From an uncultured Lachnospiraceae bacterium (GTDB lineage: Bacteria > Bacillota > Clostridia > Lachnospirales > Lachnospiraceae): DNA of 64,000 nt. Made by a program: the position numbers and the translations under genes. Every line of letters begins with the position of its first letter. The stretch's first letter is position 1. The notes beneath the pieces are model-generated. The model made no database searches and had not been told where the DNA came from. It worked only from the letters and a program-made list of their open reading frames with translations. Shown piece by piece: positions 10,898 to 20,178 of this stretch. The stretch covers positions 22,583 to 86,582 of the forward strand of contig CAMWKB010000001.1 of NCBI GenBank assembly GCA_947174705.1. Reading direction: 5' to 3'.

Positions 10898-11935
10898 TTA
10901 ATACTGTACGGTTTTCTTCATCCGCCTTGCAAGCGCCCTCTGGATTTTCTTTAAATAAAACCAGCCATAAACCAATCTGCTCTCTATGGTCTGGAAAAAA
11001 TGCTTTGCTTTGCCGGGTCTTTTATTTATCAATGCATATTTACGGGAGCGTTTCTTATACCTCTCCAATTCGTCCCTGCATTCCTTAGCGGTAAAAAGCC
11101 TGCCCTTCCTGTCCATATAGTGGAACAGGCTGTAAATATTCTGTTCTGAAGCCCAGTATCCATCGGATACGTTGTGTCTTGCCCAGTATTTCGGGGCAAT
11201 GGCAAACTTAAGCACCTCGTTTGTATGCGCCGGAAGACAGGCAAAAGATGAATTAGACAACAATAAATAATGGGCGTTTTTTAATGTAACATAATCCTTC
11301 CCGATATCAAAATGATGCGCCGGAATGCCCGGAAGCATTTTCCCTGCAGCTTCAACATCATCTGTTATAATCATGAATTCCATGTCAGGACGGATTTTTT
11401 TCATCTCTTTTATGCCGTTGAGCCAGTACTTTTTATCAATAAAAAGCTCGGGACTGCCGGTATATTCTCCGCCCCGCATATTTATGATACATAGATTTTC
11501 ACGACTGTATTCATAGGAATCATATTCCGGTTTCACACGAAGCCACTGTTTTACATCAGAAATATATTTAATAAAATAAGACTCATCCTGCATATTTCCA
11601 TAAATCAGTGTGTTATCCTCTACATTATGGATATCTTCTTTTTTTCCGCTGACATAGCAGCCATGCACCATATCATGTCTGGAATTGCCAATGAAAAGTC
11701 TGTCGTCATTATCCTGATATATTTTAAAATTCTTCTTTTCTTCTTGGGTAATGGCATGTCCTAAATCCACATCCATAAAGTACATGCCCCTATCATTGTG
11801 TATATTGACCGCAAAAATTTCCTGACCCGCCGTGCCGAATTCATATCCGTTTTCCTTTGCAATGGCCCTTGCAGTCACATAACAGAAAAGCTGGTTTCCA
11901 AGTCCCTGACCTTTTAAAAATTCTGTTCCTATCAT
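10898..11935 (-). CDS. GT11-like (alpha-1,2-fucosyltransferase-related), divergent
   Basis: GQGLGNQLF and SNSSF motifs; the HxRRGDY motif reads NMRGGEY. Confidence 0.72.
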   Translation of the reverse strand: MIGTEFLKGQGLGNQLFCYVTARAIAKENGYEFGTAGQEIFAVNIHNDRGMYFMDVDLGHAITQEEKKNFKIYQDNDDRLFIGNSRHDMVHGCYVSGKKEDIHNVEDNTLIYGNMQDESYFIKYISDVKQWLRVKPEYDSYEYSRENLCIINMRGGEYTGSPELFIDKKYWLNGIKEMKKIRPDMEFMIITDDVEAAGKMLPGIPAHHFDIGKDYVTLKNAHYLLLSNSSFACLPAHTNEVLKFAIAPKYWARHNVSDGYWASEQNIYSLFHYMDRKGRLFTAKECRDELERYKKRSRKYALINKRPGKAKHFFQTIESRLVYGWFYLKKIQRALARRMKKTVQY

Positions 11936-11947
11936 ATTTTGTCCTCT

Positions 11948-13747
11948 TTATAAACTGCTTTGCACAATTTTTTCATTTTCTACTTTATAGATAACGTCGC
12001 ATTTTGCAATGGTGTTAAGTCTGTGGGCAATAATAACCATTGTTTTTTTACCATGGAAGCTGTTGACCGCATCCATGACCGCTTTCTCCGTATCGTTATC
12101 CAGGGCGGAAGTCGCCTCGTCAAAAACCAGAATTTCCGGGTCGTGGTAGAGTGCCCTTGCAATTCCTAAACGCTGCCGCTGTCCTCCGGACAATCTGACA
12201 CCTCTGTCACCTATTGTTGTATCAAGTCCTTCGGGAAGCTCTTCTATGAATTCTTTAAGCTGAGCTTCCTCTAATACTTCCCAAATCCTCTTATCATCAA
12301 TCTTGTCCGCATCGATTCCGAATGCAATATTGTCTCTTATGGACTCATCCACCAGATAAATGGACTGCGGGATATATCCTATTTGGGCAAGCCATTCATC
12401 GTAATTGTCAAAAATATTTTTGCCATCCCAGGTAATGCTGCCTTCACTTGCATGCAAAAGTCCCAGCAAAATATCCACAATCGTGGATTTCCCGGCGCCC
12501 GAAGGACCCATAATGCCTACGGACTGGCCCTTTTTAACCTCCATATGCGCGTCTGTAAAAATATTTTTATCAGTACCCGGATATGCAAAAGTAATATGGT
12601 CCAGCACGATTTTATCCTTAAGCGTATTCTTTTTATCAGACGTATCCTTGCGGCTTTCTAAGTTTCCTATCACGCTTCCGTTTATATCCGTTCTCATATT
12701 GTCAGTCAGATTTTCATATAAATAATCCAGACAAGGCTGTGCATATGCAATTTCAGCTATATAAGTATTTATACGGTTTGCGCTGGGCATTATACGAATC
12801 GCAGCTACTGCAAAAGCTGTTAACTGCTGAAATAAAGCATTCATATCCCCGCCGCCTGTTATATATAACATAATGAAGCCAAGTATGCTTCCTATGAAAA
12901 TTGTCTCTATTAATAACCTTGGAAAATTGTTAAGCACCGCATAATTTCTTGCCACATCGGCGCCGATGCTTCCGCTTTCATAATAGTTTCTCAGGAAAAA
13001 TTCTTCCCTGTGGAGCACCTTTACATCCTTCAAACCATAAATTGACTGAATACGCCATTTGGCTATCCTCGACTGAATCTCCTGATTCCTTCTTCCGATT
13101 TTATTTAAACGCGGTTTTAAAAGCTTAAATAAAATTATGGTCATTCCTAAGAAAATTACTACAAGAAAAATTGCTAAAAGCGGGCTGACAACAAGCAGTA
13201 CCACACACAGACAGGCAGACACAACAACTTCCGTTACAAGCTGGATGGACACCAGGATAAGCTGAAACGCATTTGGAATATCGCTGTCTGTCAGACGAAA
13301 TACAGTAGGGATGTCCGCACCAAGATATTCTTCGTACGGTCTGTTCAAAAACTCTCTCATTACCCTGCTTATCATTCTGTTTCTGTTACGCGCAACAAAT
13401 GTATTCTGAACGTAGGTCTGAAGTAGTAAATAAGAGTTTTTTACAACAAAAAGAAGTATTGTCACTGCAAGCATCGTCATTATCAACTGATTAGCAGTCT
13501 CAATATGTGCAATCGCCATTACTTTGCGGACTATTTCCTTCTTCATCAGTTTCTCAGGTTCCATGATTGCGTTCATAAGCGGCAGCATCATGGAAACGCC
13601 CAGTGTTTCTAATAAACCGCCTATTAAAATCAGAACTCCAAGTCCCAGACACTGTATCTTCTGTTTCTTATCAAAAAGAAAACTGATTTTTTGCAGCATA
13701 GTTATCTTATTAACTGTCTGTTCCTGATTTTTCATTACTATAACCAT
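11948..13747 (-). CDS. ABC exporter, fused TMD-NBD, PglK/WlaB-like oligosaccharide flippase
   Basis: Walker A GPSGAGKS, LSGGQRQR, FDEATSALD, IAHRL. TMD has LLETLGVS..LP and PRLLIE, which resemble PglK-type flippases. Confidence 0.85.
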   Translation of the reverse strand: MVIVMKNQEQTVNKITMLQKISFLFDKKQKIQCLGLGVLILIGGLLETLGVSMMLPLMNAIMEPEKLMKKEIVRKVMAIAHIETANQLIMTMLAVTILLFVVKNSYLLLQTYVQNTFVARNRNRMISRVMREFLNRPYEEYLGADIPTVFRLTDSDIPNAFQLILVSIQLVTEVVVSACLCVVLLVVSPLLAIFLVVIFLGMTIILFKLLKPRLNKIGRRNQEIQSRIAKWRIQSIYGLKDVKVLHREEFFLRNYYESGSIGADVARNYAVLNNFPRLLIETIFIGSILGFIMLYITGGGDMNALFQQLTAFAVAAIRIMPSANRINTYIAEIAYAQPCLDYLYENLTDNMRTDINGSVIGNLESRKDTSDKKNTLKDKIVLDHITFAYPGTDKNIFTDAHMEVKKGQSVGIMGPSGAGKSTIVDILLGLLHASEGSITWDGKNIFDNYDEWLAQIGYIPQSIYLVDESIRDNIAFGIDADKIDDKRIWEVLEEAQLKEFIEELPEGLDTTIGDRGVRLSGGQRQRLGIARALYHDPEILVFDEATSALDNDTEKAVMDAVNSFHGKKTMVIIAHRLNTIAKCDVIYKVENEKIVQSSL

Positions 13748-13842
13748 GCTCCTTTCTCAGTCTGTAAGTTTATGGGTCAGGACGCTGTAAGCGTCAACAC
13801 AAACTCACGATTGAAAATTTTTAATTTTCAACCTTTTCTCCT

Positions 13843-14745
13843 CTAAATATCGGATTTAACCTTAATCATATCAGACCTGTAAATATCGTTGCAGTCCCAG
13901 CCGTTCATCCACTTTTCGGGCGCCATAACCATTTTGGAGGGGTTATCATTAAGATAAGACGCCCACCAGCTAAAGCTGCTGTTTGCCAGAATATTGTGCT
14001 TACACCTGCTCATAAGCGCAAGCGCCTCATAATCTTTATGTTCAGGCACTTCTACGTTAATAAATTTATTCTTACCATCGGTAAACTTTTTAAGCCACTC
14101 GATGGACCATTCTTCATCGTTGGTAAATACATAAAAGACACAGTCCGGATACTTTTCTAAAACCGTTTTTATCGCTTGTTCGTAGTAGCAGTCCGTACAT
14201 ATATCGCCAAATAGTTCCTGATTTTGTGGTAAAAGATAATCGCCTCTGCGCACATGGATGCTGACAGACTGTGTCTGTTCTATTTCCTGTAAATAACGCT
14301 CTGACTGTCCGGAAAGCCTGAAATTCTTATTCGGATTATTTTTAAGTTTCTCTATACTGAATTCCTGCCTCAGTTCATCCCCTACATCCTGAAAATATTT
14401 TTCGGACTGCCAGTAGCCTTCCAGATAAATATTATCCCAGTCAAATATCTTGGACTGAAAACACTTATTTTCCTCAAAATATGAATTGTTATGCCTGCCA
14501 AAAAGCTTTCTGCGCACCTTGGCGGTAAGCGCCGGGGATGAATCCCGCATCTTAATTATTTCTTTTTTGGAAGCTCTTTCATAATCTATTCCAAAAACCT
14601 CTAATTCGGGGTCACGCTGCATATCTTCTACAAAACCTGCCCTATCATCCATTTTCACTTCTTTTCCCATGCTTATAAGCTGTCTGTAAAGGGCATACTG
14701 GAACATCTGGTTTCCAAGGCCGCCCATCATTTGGATGATAATCAT
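13843..14745 (-). CDS. GT11 alpha-1,2-fucosyltransferase
   Basis: GGLGNQMFQYA, GYWQSEKYF, SIHVRRGDY, ILANSSFSWW: all canonical motifs. Confidence 0.92.
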   Translation of the reverse strand: MIIIQMMGGLGNQMFQYALYRQLISMGKEVKMDDRAGFVEDMQRDPELEVFGIDYERASKKEIIKMRDSSPALTAKVRRKLFGRHNNSYFEENKCFQSKIFDWDNIYLEGYWQSEKYFQDVGDELRQEFSIEKLKNNPNKNFRLSGQSERYLQEIEQTQSVSIHVRRGDYLLPQNQELFGDICTDCYYEQAIKTVLEKYPDCVFYVFTNDEEWSIEWLKKFTDGKNKFINVEVPEHKDYEALALMSRCKHNILANSSFSWWASYLNDNPSKMVMAPEKWMNGWDCNDIYRSDMIKVKSDI

Positions 14746-14810
14746 AGAGTCCTCCGTTTTTGAGATGAATGTTAAACTTTGGAAAAGTTTCTCAATTATC
14801 TAATAGTTTA

Positions 14811-15893
14811 TTACTTTTTGAGTTTCAATTTAATAGGAAGAATGAACTTTTCGTTAATAATCATTATGCACCAATAGAGGTTAGGGGATTTTATAAATAA
14901 ATCCATCTTCCTTTTTTCATTTGGATTGGCAATGCTGCTCTCGTAAATTCTGTCATACCTTCCTTGATTTCTTAAGACTTCTTCATTGATAACTTTTGTT
15001 ATTTTACTCAGGTACTTATTTTTGTCAGGAAGGCTTGATTTTTTCAGCTGATTGTAAAAAAGCAGCATCCTCTTATAAAAAAAGTAATCATGAACGTCAG
15101 CCAAATCCTGTCTTTCGATTTTGATAAGGAATTTTGTTTTTTCCCGGTATATCGGTATCAAATCCTTAAAAGTGAGGGTAATAATACGCGTATTCATGAT
15201 ACTTCCTTCTCTGTCTATTATATAATTATAACAGGCACTGTCAAGGTAAACGCATCTTTTGACCCTGCTTAACGCCTCTGTAGTAAATACTATATCCTCC
15301 CCACACCATCTCTCGACCGGAAAGTTTATCCCTTTAAGCAGCTCTCTCCTAAAGAGCTTATTCCACGCCGCATTCTGGATATTGTATTCCTCACGCTCCT
15401 CAACATAGTATTGCAGCGCCTCCTGTCCCTCAAATAATATTACCCTATCGACAGAATCATCCCGGGTAAAATCCTTATATAGCTGCCTGTATCTGCAGAC
15501 TGCCATATCCGCATCCTGCTCCAAAACGGCAGAATACATTTTTTCATACATATCCTCATCAATCCAGTCGTCGCCGTCCACAAAGCCAACCAGACTCCCC
15601 TTTGCCACTGCCATTCCTGTATTTCTGGCATCTGCCGGACCGCCGTTTTTCTTATGGATAACCACTATCCTATCGTCACGCTTAGCCAATTCATCACAAA
15701 TCCCGGCTCCGGAATCCGTCGAGCCGTCGTCAACCAGAATTATCTCCAGATTTTTATACGTCTGGTTAATAATTGAATTTACGCCGCGCTCTACATATTT
15801 TTCTATATTATATACGGTTACTATTACTGAAATCAGCTCATTTTGTGATTCTATTGGAATTGGCGCGAGGGTGTGGTTATTAAAAATTTTCAA
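14811..15893 (-). CDS. GT2 glycosyltransferase
   Basis: ISVIVTVYN, VDDGSTD, NGGPADARN, FVDGDD, GED. Confidence 0.92.
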   Translation of the reverse strand: MKIFNNHTLAPIPIESQNELISVIVTVYNIEKYVERGVNSIINQTYKNLEIILVDDGSTDSGAGICDELAKRDDRIVVIHKKNGGPADARNTGMAVAKGSLVGFVDGDDWIDEDMYEKMYSAVLEQDADMAVCRYRQLYKDFTRDDSVDRVILFEGQEALQYYVEEREEYNIQNAAWNKLFRRELLKGINFPVERWCGEDIVFTTEALSRVKRCVYLDSACYNYIIDREGSIMNTRIITLTFKDLIPIYREKTKFLIKIERQDLADVHDYFFYKRMLLFYNQLKKSSLPDKNKYLSKITKVINEEVLRNQGRYDRIYESSIANPNEKRKMDLFIKSPNLYWCIMIINEKFILPIKLKLKK

Positions 15894-16002
15894 AATATAA
15901 TACCTGATACCTTTCTTATTGTGTATTTTCTCCGGATTCGGGTAATTACTAAACCATTATCCATATCCACGAATTGAAGCTATATAAAAATGCCGTACTG
16001 AA

Positions 16003-17907
16003 TTATATATCCGCCGCCATAAACATAAGCACATACCATATCTGTTGTCGCCAGATATCTTTCTCAATAAAATCGTTCCACATTCTCCATACGACGTCGG
16101 CATTTAATAACGACTGTTGTTTTATTTTATTTCTGTCTATCAACGCTTCCGCCCACTCTCTGAGCTGTGGCTGTTTAAGCCATATATGAAGTGGGATGGA
16201 AAAACCTTTCTTGGGCCGCTCCATCAATTCTCTTGGTACATATTTATATAAAATATCACGCAATATTTTTTTCGTCACAGGTCCGTCTTTTTTGTAAGCT
16301 ATCGGTAATGTCCATGCAAATTCTACCACGTCCTTATCTAACATCGGCACCCTTGTCTCCAAAGAAACCGCCATTGCAGTTCTATCCACCTTGGTAAGAA
16401 TATCATCCGGATGATACATGAGCATGTCCATAAGCATCAGGTTGTGCAATGGCTCCGGTAAGAAGCCATCCGTGTAACTTTCCATAACATTTGATATTCT
16501 TTCTGCGTCAGGTTGTGCTTTAAGCTGTCTAAGAATATCATCTGATATTATATTTATACCTTCGCCGATTTCCGAACGTCTGTAAATGTCTTCTATGGCT
16601 CCTGCGCCAAGCAGTCTCGCCCTGATTGCCAGGCTTCCGCTTTTCCCCCAAGGGCTGTGAAGGATAGCTGCGCTTGCCGGCTTTCTGATAACGCCTGGTA
16701 TTTTATTAATCCTGTTCCATATATTCCCTATGGAATTATAAGTCCCATAGCCGCAAAAAAGTTCGTCCCCGCCATCACCGCTTAAAGACACCGTTACATG
16801 TTCCTTGGTCATCTTACTCACCAGATAAGTAGGTATCTGGGAAGAATCAGCAAAGGGCTCCCCAAACATGGTTCCGAGTTTAGGTATCACCTGTTTTGCA
16901 TCATCCTGTGTAATATAAAGTTCGGTATGTTCCGTTCCTAAATGCTTAGCAATCTTTCCTGCTATCTCGGCTTCATTAAAACCTTCTTCATTCATACCTA
17001 TGGTAAAGGTCCTGACTTTTGTATCACTCACCGACTGCATCAGGGAAACAATTGTCGAACTGTCAATGCCCGCTGATAAAAATGCACCAATCGGAACATC
17101 TGCTATTAATTGACCCTTAACAGAATTTTTTAATAGTCTTTCGAGTTCCTCTGCCGCCTCTTTTTCACTCCCCTTAAAGAGATGTGTCTGTCCATAGTAA
17201 GCAGTTTGGGTCATGGACCAGTATTCAGAAATCTCAAAATCACGCTTGTTATCAAATGACGATTTAATTTTTAGCACTTTCCCCGGCTCGAGTTTATAAA
17301 TATCACTGTATATTGAATAGGGAGAAGGTATGTAACCATAGTAAAAATAGGCTTTCAAGACATTTGTATTAACCGGATTGCGAAAATTGTCTAAACTAGT
17401 CAATGAATTGAGGTCAGATGCAAAAACAAATGTTTTTTTACCGGTAAAACCATAGTATAAAGGTTTCTCTCCAACCCTGTCCCGTGCCAATAATAACTCA
17501 CGTTCTTTTTTGTCATATATTGCCAGTGCAAACATTCCTTTGCACATTTTTAGGGCATTTTCAAGGCCATATGCAGAAACGGCTTCTAAAAGCACTTCTG
17601 TATCCGAGGAGCTTTTAAAAGCAGTTGTTTTTCTTTCTTTCATCAATTTTTCTTTGATTTCCCGATAATTGTAAATCTCGCCGTTATAAGCCATAACGTA
17701 ACGTTCGTTATGTGATTCCATGGGCTGTTTTCCGCCGGAAGTTAAATCTATAATAGATAAACGCCTGTGTCCAAGGACAATTTTCTTGTCCTCACTGCAC
17801 CAAATTCCTGATGCGTCAGGTCCACGATGGGACATTTTATCATTCATTCGATTGATGTTTTTCAGCCAGTCAAATTCTGGATTTATGAATCCGGATATGC
17901 CACACAT
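16003..17907 (-). CDS. asnB: Glutamine-dependent amidotransferase, AsnB family (WbpS-like sugar amidation)
   Basis: MCGI N-terminal Cys, HRGPD, HRRLSIID, NGEIYN, SDTEV, LSAGIDSS, SGDGGDELF, KVDR. Confidence 0.92.
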   Translation of the reverse strand: MCGISGFINPEFDWLKNINRMNDKMSHRGPDASGIWCSEDKKIVLGHRRLSIIDLTSGGKQPMESHNERYVMAYNGEIYNYREIKEKLMKERKTTAFKSSSDTEVLLEAVSAYGLENALKMCKGMFALAIYDKKERELLLARDRVGEKPLYYGFTGKKTFVFASDLNSLTSLDNFRNPVNTNVLKAYFYYGYIPSPYSIYSDIYKLEPGKVLKIKSSFDNKRDFEISEYWSMTQTAYYGQTHLFKGSEKEAAEELERLLKNSVKGQLIADVPIGAFLSAGIDSSTIVSLMQSVSDTKVRTFTIGMNEEGFNEAEIAGKIAKHLGTEHTELYITQDDAKQVIPKLGTMFGEPFADSSQIPTYLVSKMTKEHVTVSLSGDGGDELFCGYGTYNSIGNIWNRINKIPGVIRKPASAAILHSPWGKSGSLAIRARLLGAGAIEDIYRRSEIGEGINIISDDILRQLKAQPDAERISNVMESYTDGFLPEPLHNLMLMDMLMYHPDDILTKVDRTAMAVSLETRVPMLDKDVVEFAWTLPIAYKKDGPVTKKILRDILYKYVPRELMERPKKGFSIPLHIWLKQPQLREWAEALIDRNKIKQQSLLNADVVWRMWNDFIEKDIWRQQIWYVLMFMAADI

Positions 17908-17981
17908 GATTTAAATACCTTTCTTTTTTATTATCGTCTAGTGAATCTATTAATTTTATAACGATCGTTTTTATAGTTTAG

Positions 17982-18116
17982 TTTTTCTATAACACTTATT
18001 ATTTTACAGCTTCCATTTTTCTGTAACGCATAATATTTTATAATTTTCTTTTTCTATAACACTTAATATTTTACAATTTTCATTTTTATATAGCACTTAA
18101 TGTTTTACAGTTTATA
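17982..18116. repeat. Four imperfect tandem repeats of 33-34 bp (consensus about TTTTTCTATAACACTTAATATTTTACA...)
   Basis: Units start at 17982, 18016, 18049 and 18083; more decayed copies flank them. Confidence 0.85.
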
Positions 18117-18204
18117 TTATTTTTCAATACTTATATTTAAAACCTTTAATATTTATATTTTATAACATTTGATATTTTATATCTATCTACACTATTGACC
18201 ACCA

Positions 18205-19392
18205 TTATATAATACTTTCAAAATACCGCTTCCATTGCTCATTCACTCTATCCGGTGCAAGGCGCTCCTGAATTTTACATGCATTACGTCCAAGTTTGTC
18301 TGCAAAGTCTGCATCGGACAATATTGCCTTCATGGCTTCTTCCAAAGCTTTCTGGTCGCCTGTCGGGATTATTAAGCCATTTTCATTGTGCTGCATCAGT
18401 TCTACGGTACCTCCGCTCGGCACGTCAGTTGCTATGACCGGAAGCCCCAGTGCCAAAGCTTCTATTAGCGCATTAGAAATCCCCTCAGAATATGATGTCA
18501 ATAAAAACAGCGCCGCTTTTTGTATATTGTCCGCAACATTAGGAATTACGCCGGGCAGGCTGATTTTATCCTCCAGCCCCAAAGAATTAATCAGGTTTTG
18601 CAGCTGTTCCCTCAGTTCTCCATCTCCGTAAATAGTCATGATATATTCGGGATACAGTGGCAGGATATTTGCAAATGCACGAATCATCATTTCATGGTTC
18701 TTGTTTGCATCCAACCGCCCTACCGATACAATTCGTTTCTCACGCTCTCCTTGAAACCTCGGCCTGATAAATGCAGGATTGAGAGAATTGGGTAAAATAA
18801 CAGATGTTTTTCCAACTCTTTTTGAAAAGAAACTACGTGTTCTTTCCGTCTGTAGTATAACGCCCGCCGCGTGCGGGAATAACAGATTAGCCAGCGTTTT
18901 CATTAATAAATTCGGATATTCCTCTTTGGCTTCTCCGACAACCGATACAACCGGTTTTGTTTTGGAAAACATTGTGGTAACTACTGTCATAAAATTATTT
19001 TTGCCCACACAGGAAAGCACCAAATCAGGCTGTTCTGTCTTCCATACATTATGCAGCTTCCTCAATCGCCTGAAAAAATTCACTATCCGGCTTCTTGTTG
19101 TCTCCTGCGGAGTAATATCTGAAATCACCCTCTTGATGTTATCATCAAGAGCATACTCTTCTTCACTTTTGTATTTATATTGTGTGACCATAATAACCTG
19201 ATACCCCTGAGCCGTGAAGTATTCTGCCAGGTTAACAAATACTCTCTCGGCCCCTCCTTTATGTAAGGAACCGATATAAAATGCAAGTTTTCTTGCATTG
19301 CTATTGTTATTTATCTCGCCGTTGATGTTATTTAATTCATTTATTGGGTTTTCGCCCGTTTTTATAAAATTATGCTTTAATTTATCGCCCAT
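18205..19392 (-). CDS. GT4 glycosyltransferase, PglJ/PglH-like
   Basis: GGAERV, VGRLDANKNH, EGISNALIEALA. Confidence 0.9.
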   Translation of the reverse strand: MGDKLKHNFIKTGENPINELNNINGEINNNSNARKLAFYIGSLHKGGAERVFVNLAEYFTAQGYQVIMVTQYKYKSEEEYALDDNIKRVISDITPQETTRSRIVNFFRRLRKLHNVWKTEQPDLVLSCVGKNNFMTVVTTMFSKTKPVVSVVGEAKEEYPNLLMKTLANLLFPHAAGVILQTERTRSFFSKRVGKTSVILPNSLNPAFIRPRFQGEREKRIVSVGRLDANKNHEMMIRAFANILPLYPEYIMTIYGDGELREQLQNLINSLGLEDKISLPGVIPNVADNIQKAALFLLTSYSEGISNALIEALALGLPVIATDVPSGGTVELMQHNENGLIIPTGDQKALEEAMKAILSDADFADKLGRNACKIQERLAPDRVNEQWKRYFESII

Positions 19393-19442
19393 TTTTTACC
19401 TCTGATTGCATTATAAATAACGATAGTTTTCGACAACCTATG

Positions 19443-20120
19443 TTACTGAATTATTTTATCCAGTTCATTTTTTCCATTCTGATAAGCTGAATTTACCTCT
19501 CGATACAAGTTTCTGTAAAATTCAACTGCAATATTTTGCCTTTCACTTGCAACTATTGTTGCTTTTTCGGTATAAAAATTCGAATACAAATTTTCTAATT
19601 TGTACTTATACTCCCGGAAAAACGATGGTTCGGTATCACTTTCCCCTGTCGAAACCAATCCGTTGGGTAATATAGAATACAATGGTTCTGAAACAATACC
19701 TTTGTAAAGTAATGTTCTTGCGATTCCTATTGCTCCTGCTGCATCTAATTTATCTGCATCAAATAAAATTTTTGCTTCTAAACTCCCCGGCGGATTGTTT
19801 TTTCTAAATCTATGTGTTTGAATACACTGCTTCACCTGTTCTGCATAGTTCATATCAAACCCATGCTCCACAAGGAATTGATAAGCTTTGTCCCCGCCTA
19901 TAATTGCATGACATAAATCAGGGTTTTCAAACTGCTCTTTCCGCCCAATGTCATGTAATAAACATGCTGCAATCAAGACATCATAGTTCACATTATTTTC
20001 TGTCTTTGCAATTTCCAGCGCATTAAATAACACTCGATATATATGTTCCTTATCATGTGCAGTATCTTCCATACAGCAAAGCATAAAATTTTCTAACAAA
20101 CAATATGTTTCTTTGTTCAT
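19443..20120 (-). CDS. HD-domain phosphohydrolase
   Basis: AHDKEHIYRV, LLHDIGR, H...DADKLDA. Start moved to ATG 20120 (AAGGGG RBS), which removes the overlap with asnB. Confidence 0.85.
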   Translation of the reverse strand: MNKETYCLLENFMLCCMEDTAHDKEHIYRVLFNALEIAKTENNVNYDVLIAACLLHDIGRKEQFENPDLCHAIIGGDKAYQFLVEHGFDMNYAEQVKQCIQTHRFRKNNPPGSLEAKILFDADKLDAAGAIGIARTLLYKGIVSEPLYSILPNGLVSTGESDTEPSFFREYKYKLENLYSNFYTEKATIVASERQNIAVEFYRNLYREVNSAYQNGKNELDKIIQ

Positions 20121-20178
20121 TATTTGTCCCCTTAAATATTTCCAAATCCATCTATATTTCGCCTGAAAATTATCAATA

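Noticed and set aside
17982-18116. CRISPR array
   Set aside because: Units are contiguous with no unique spacers, and no cas genes are present.
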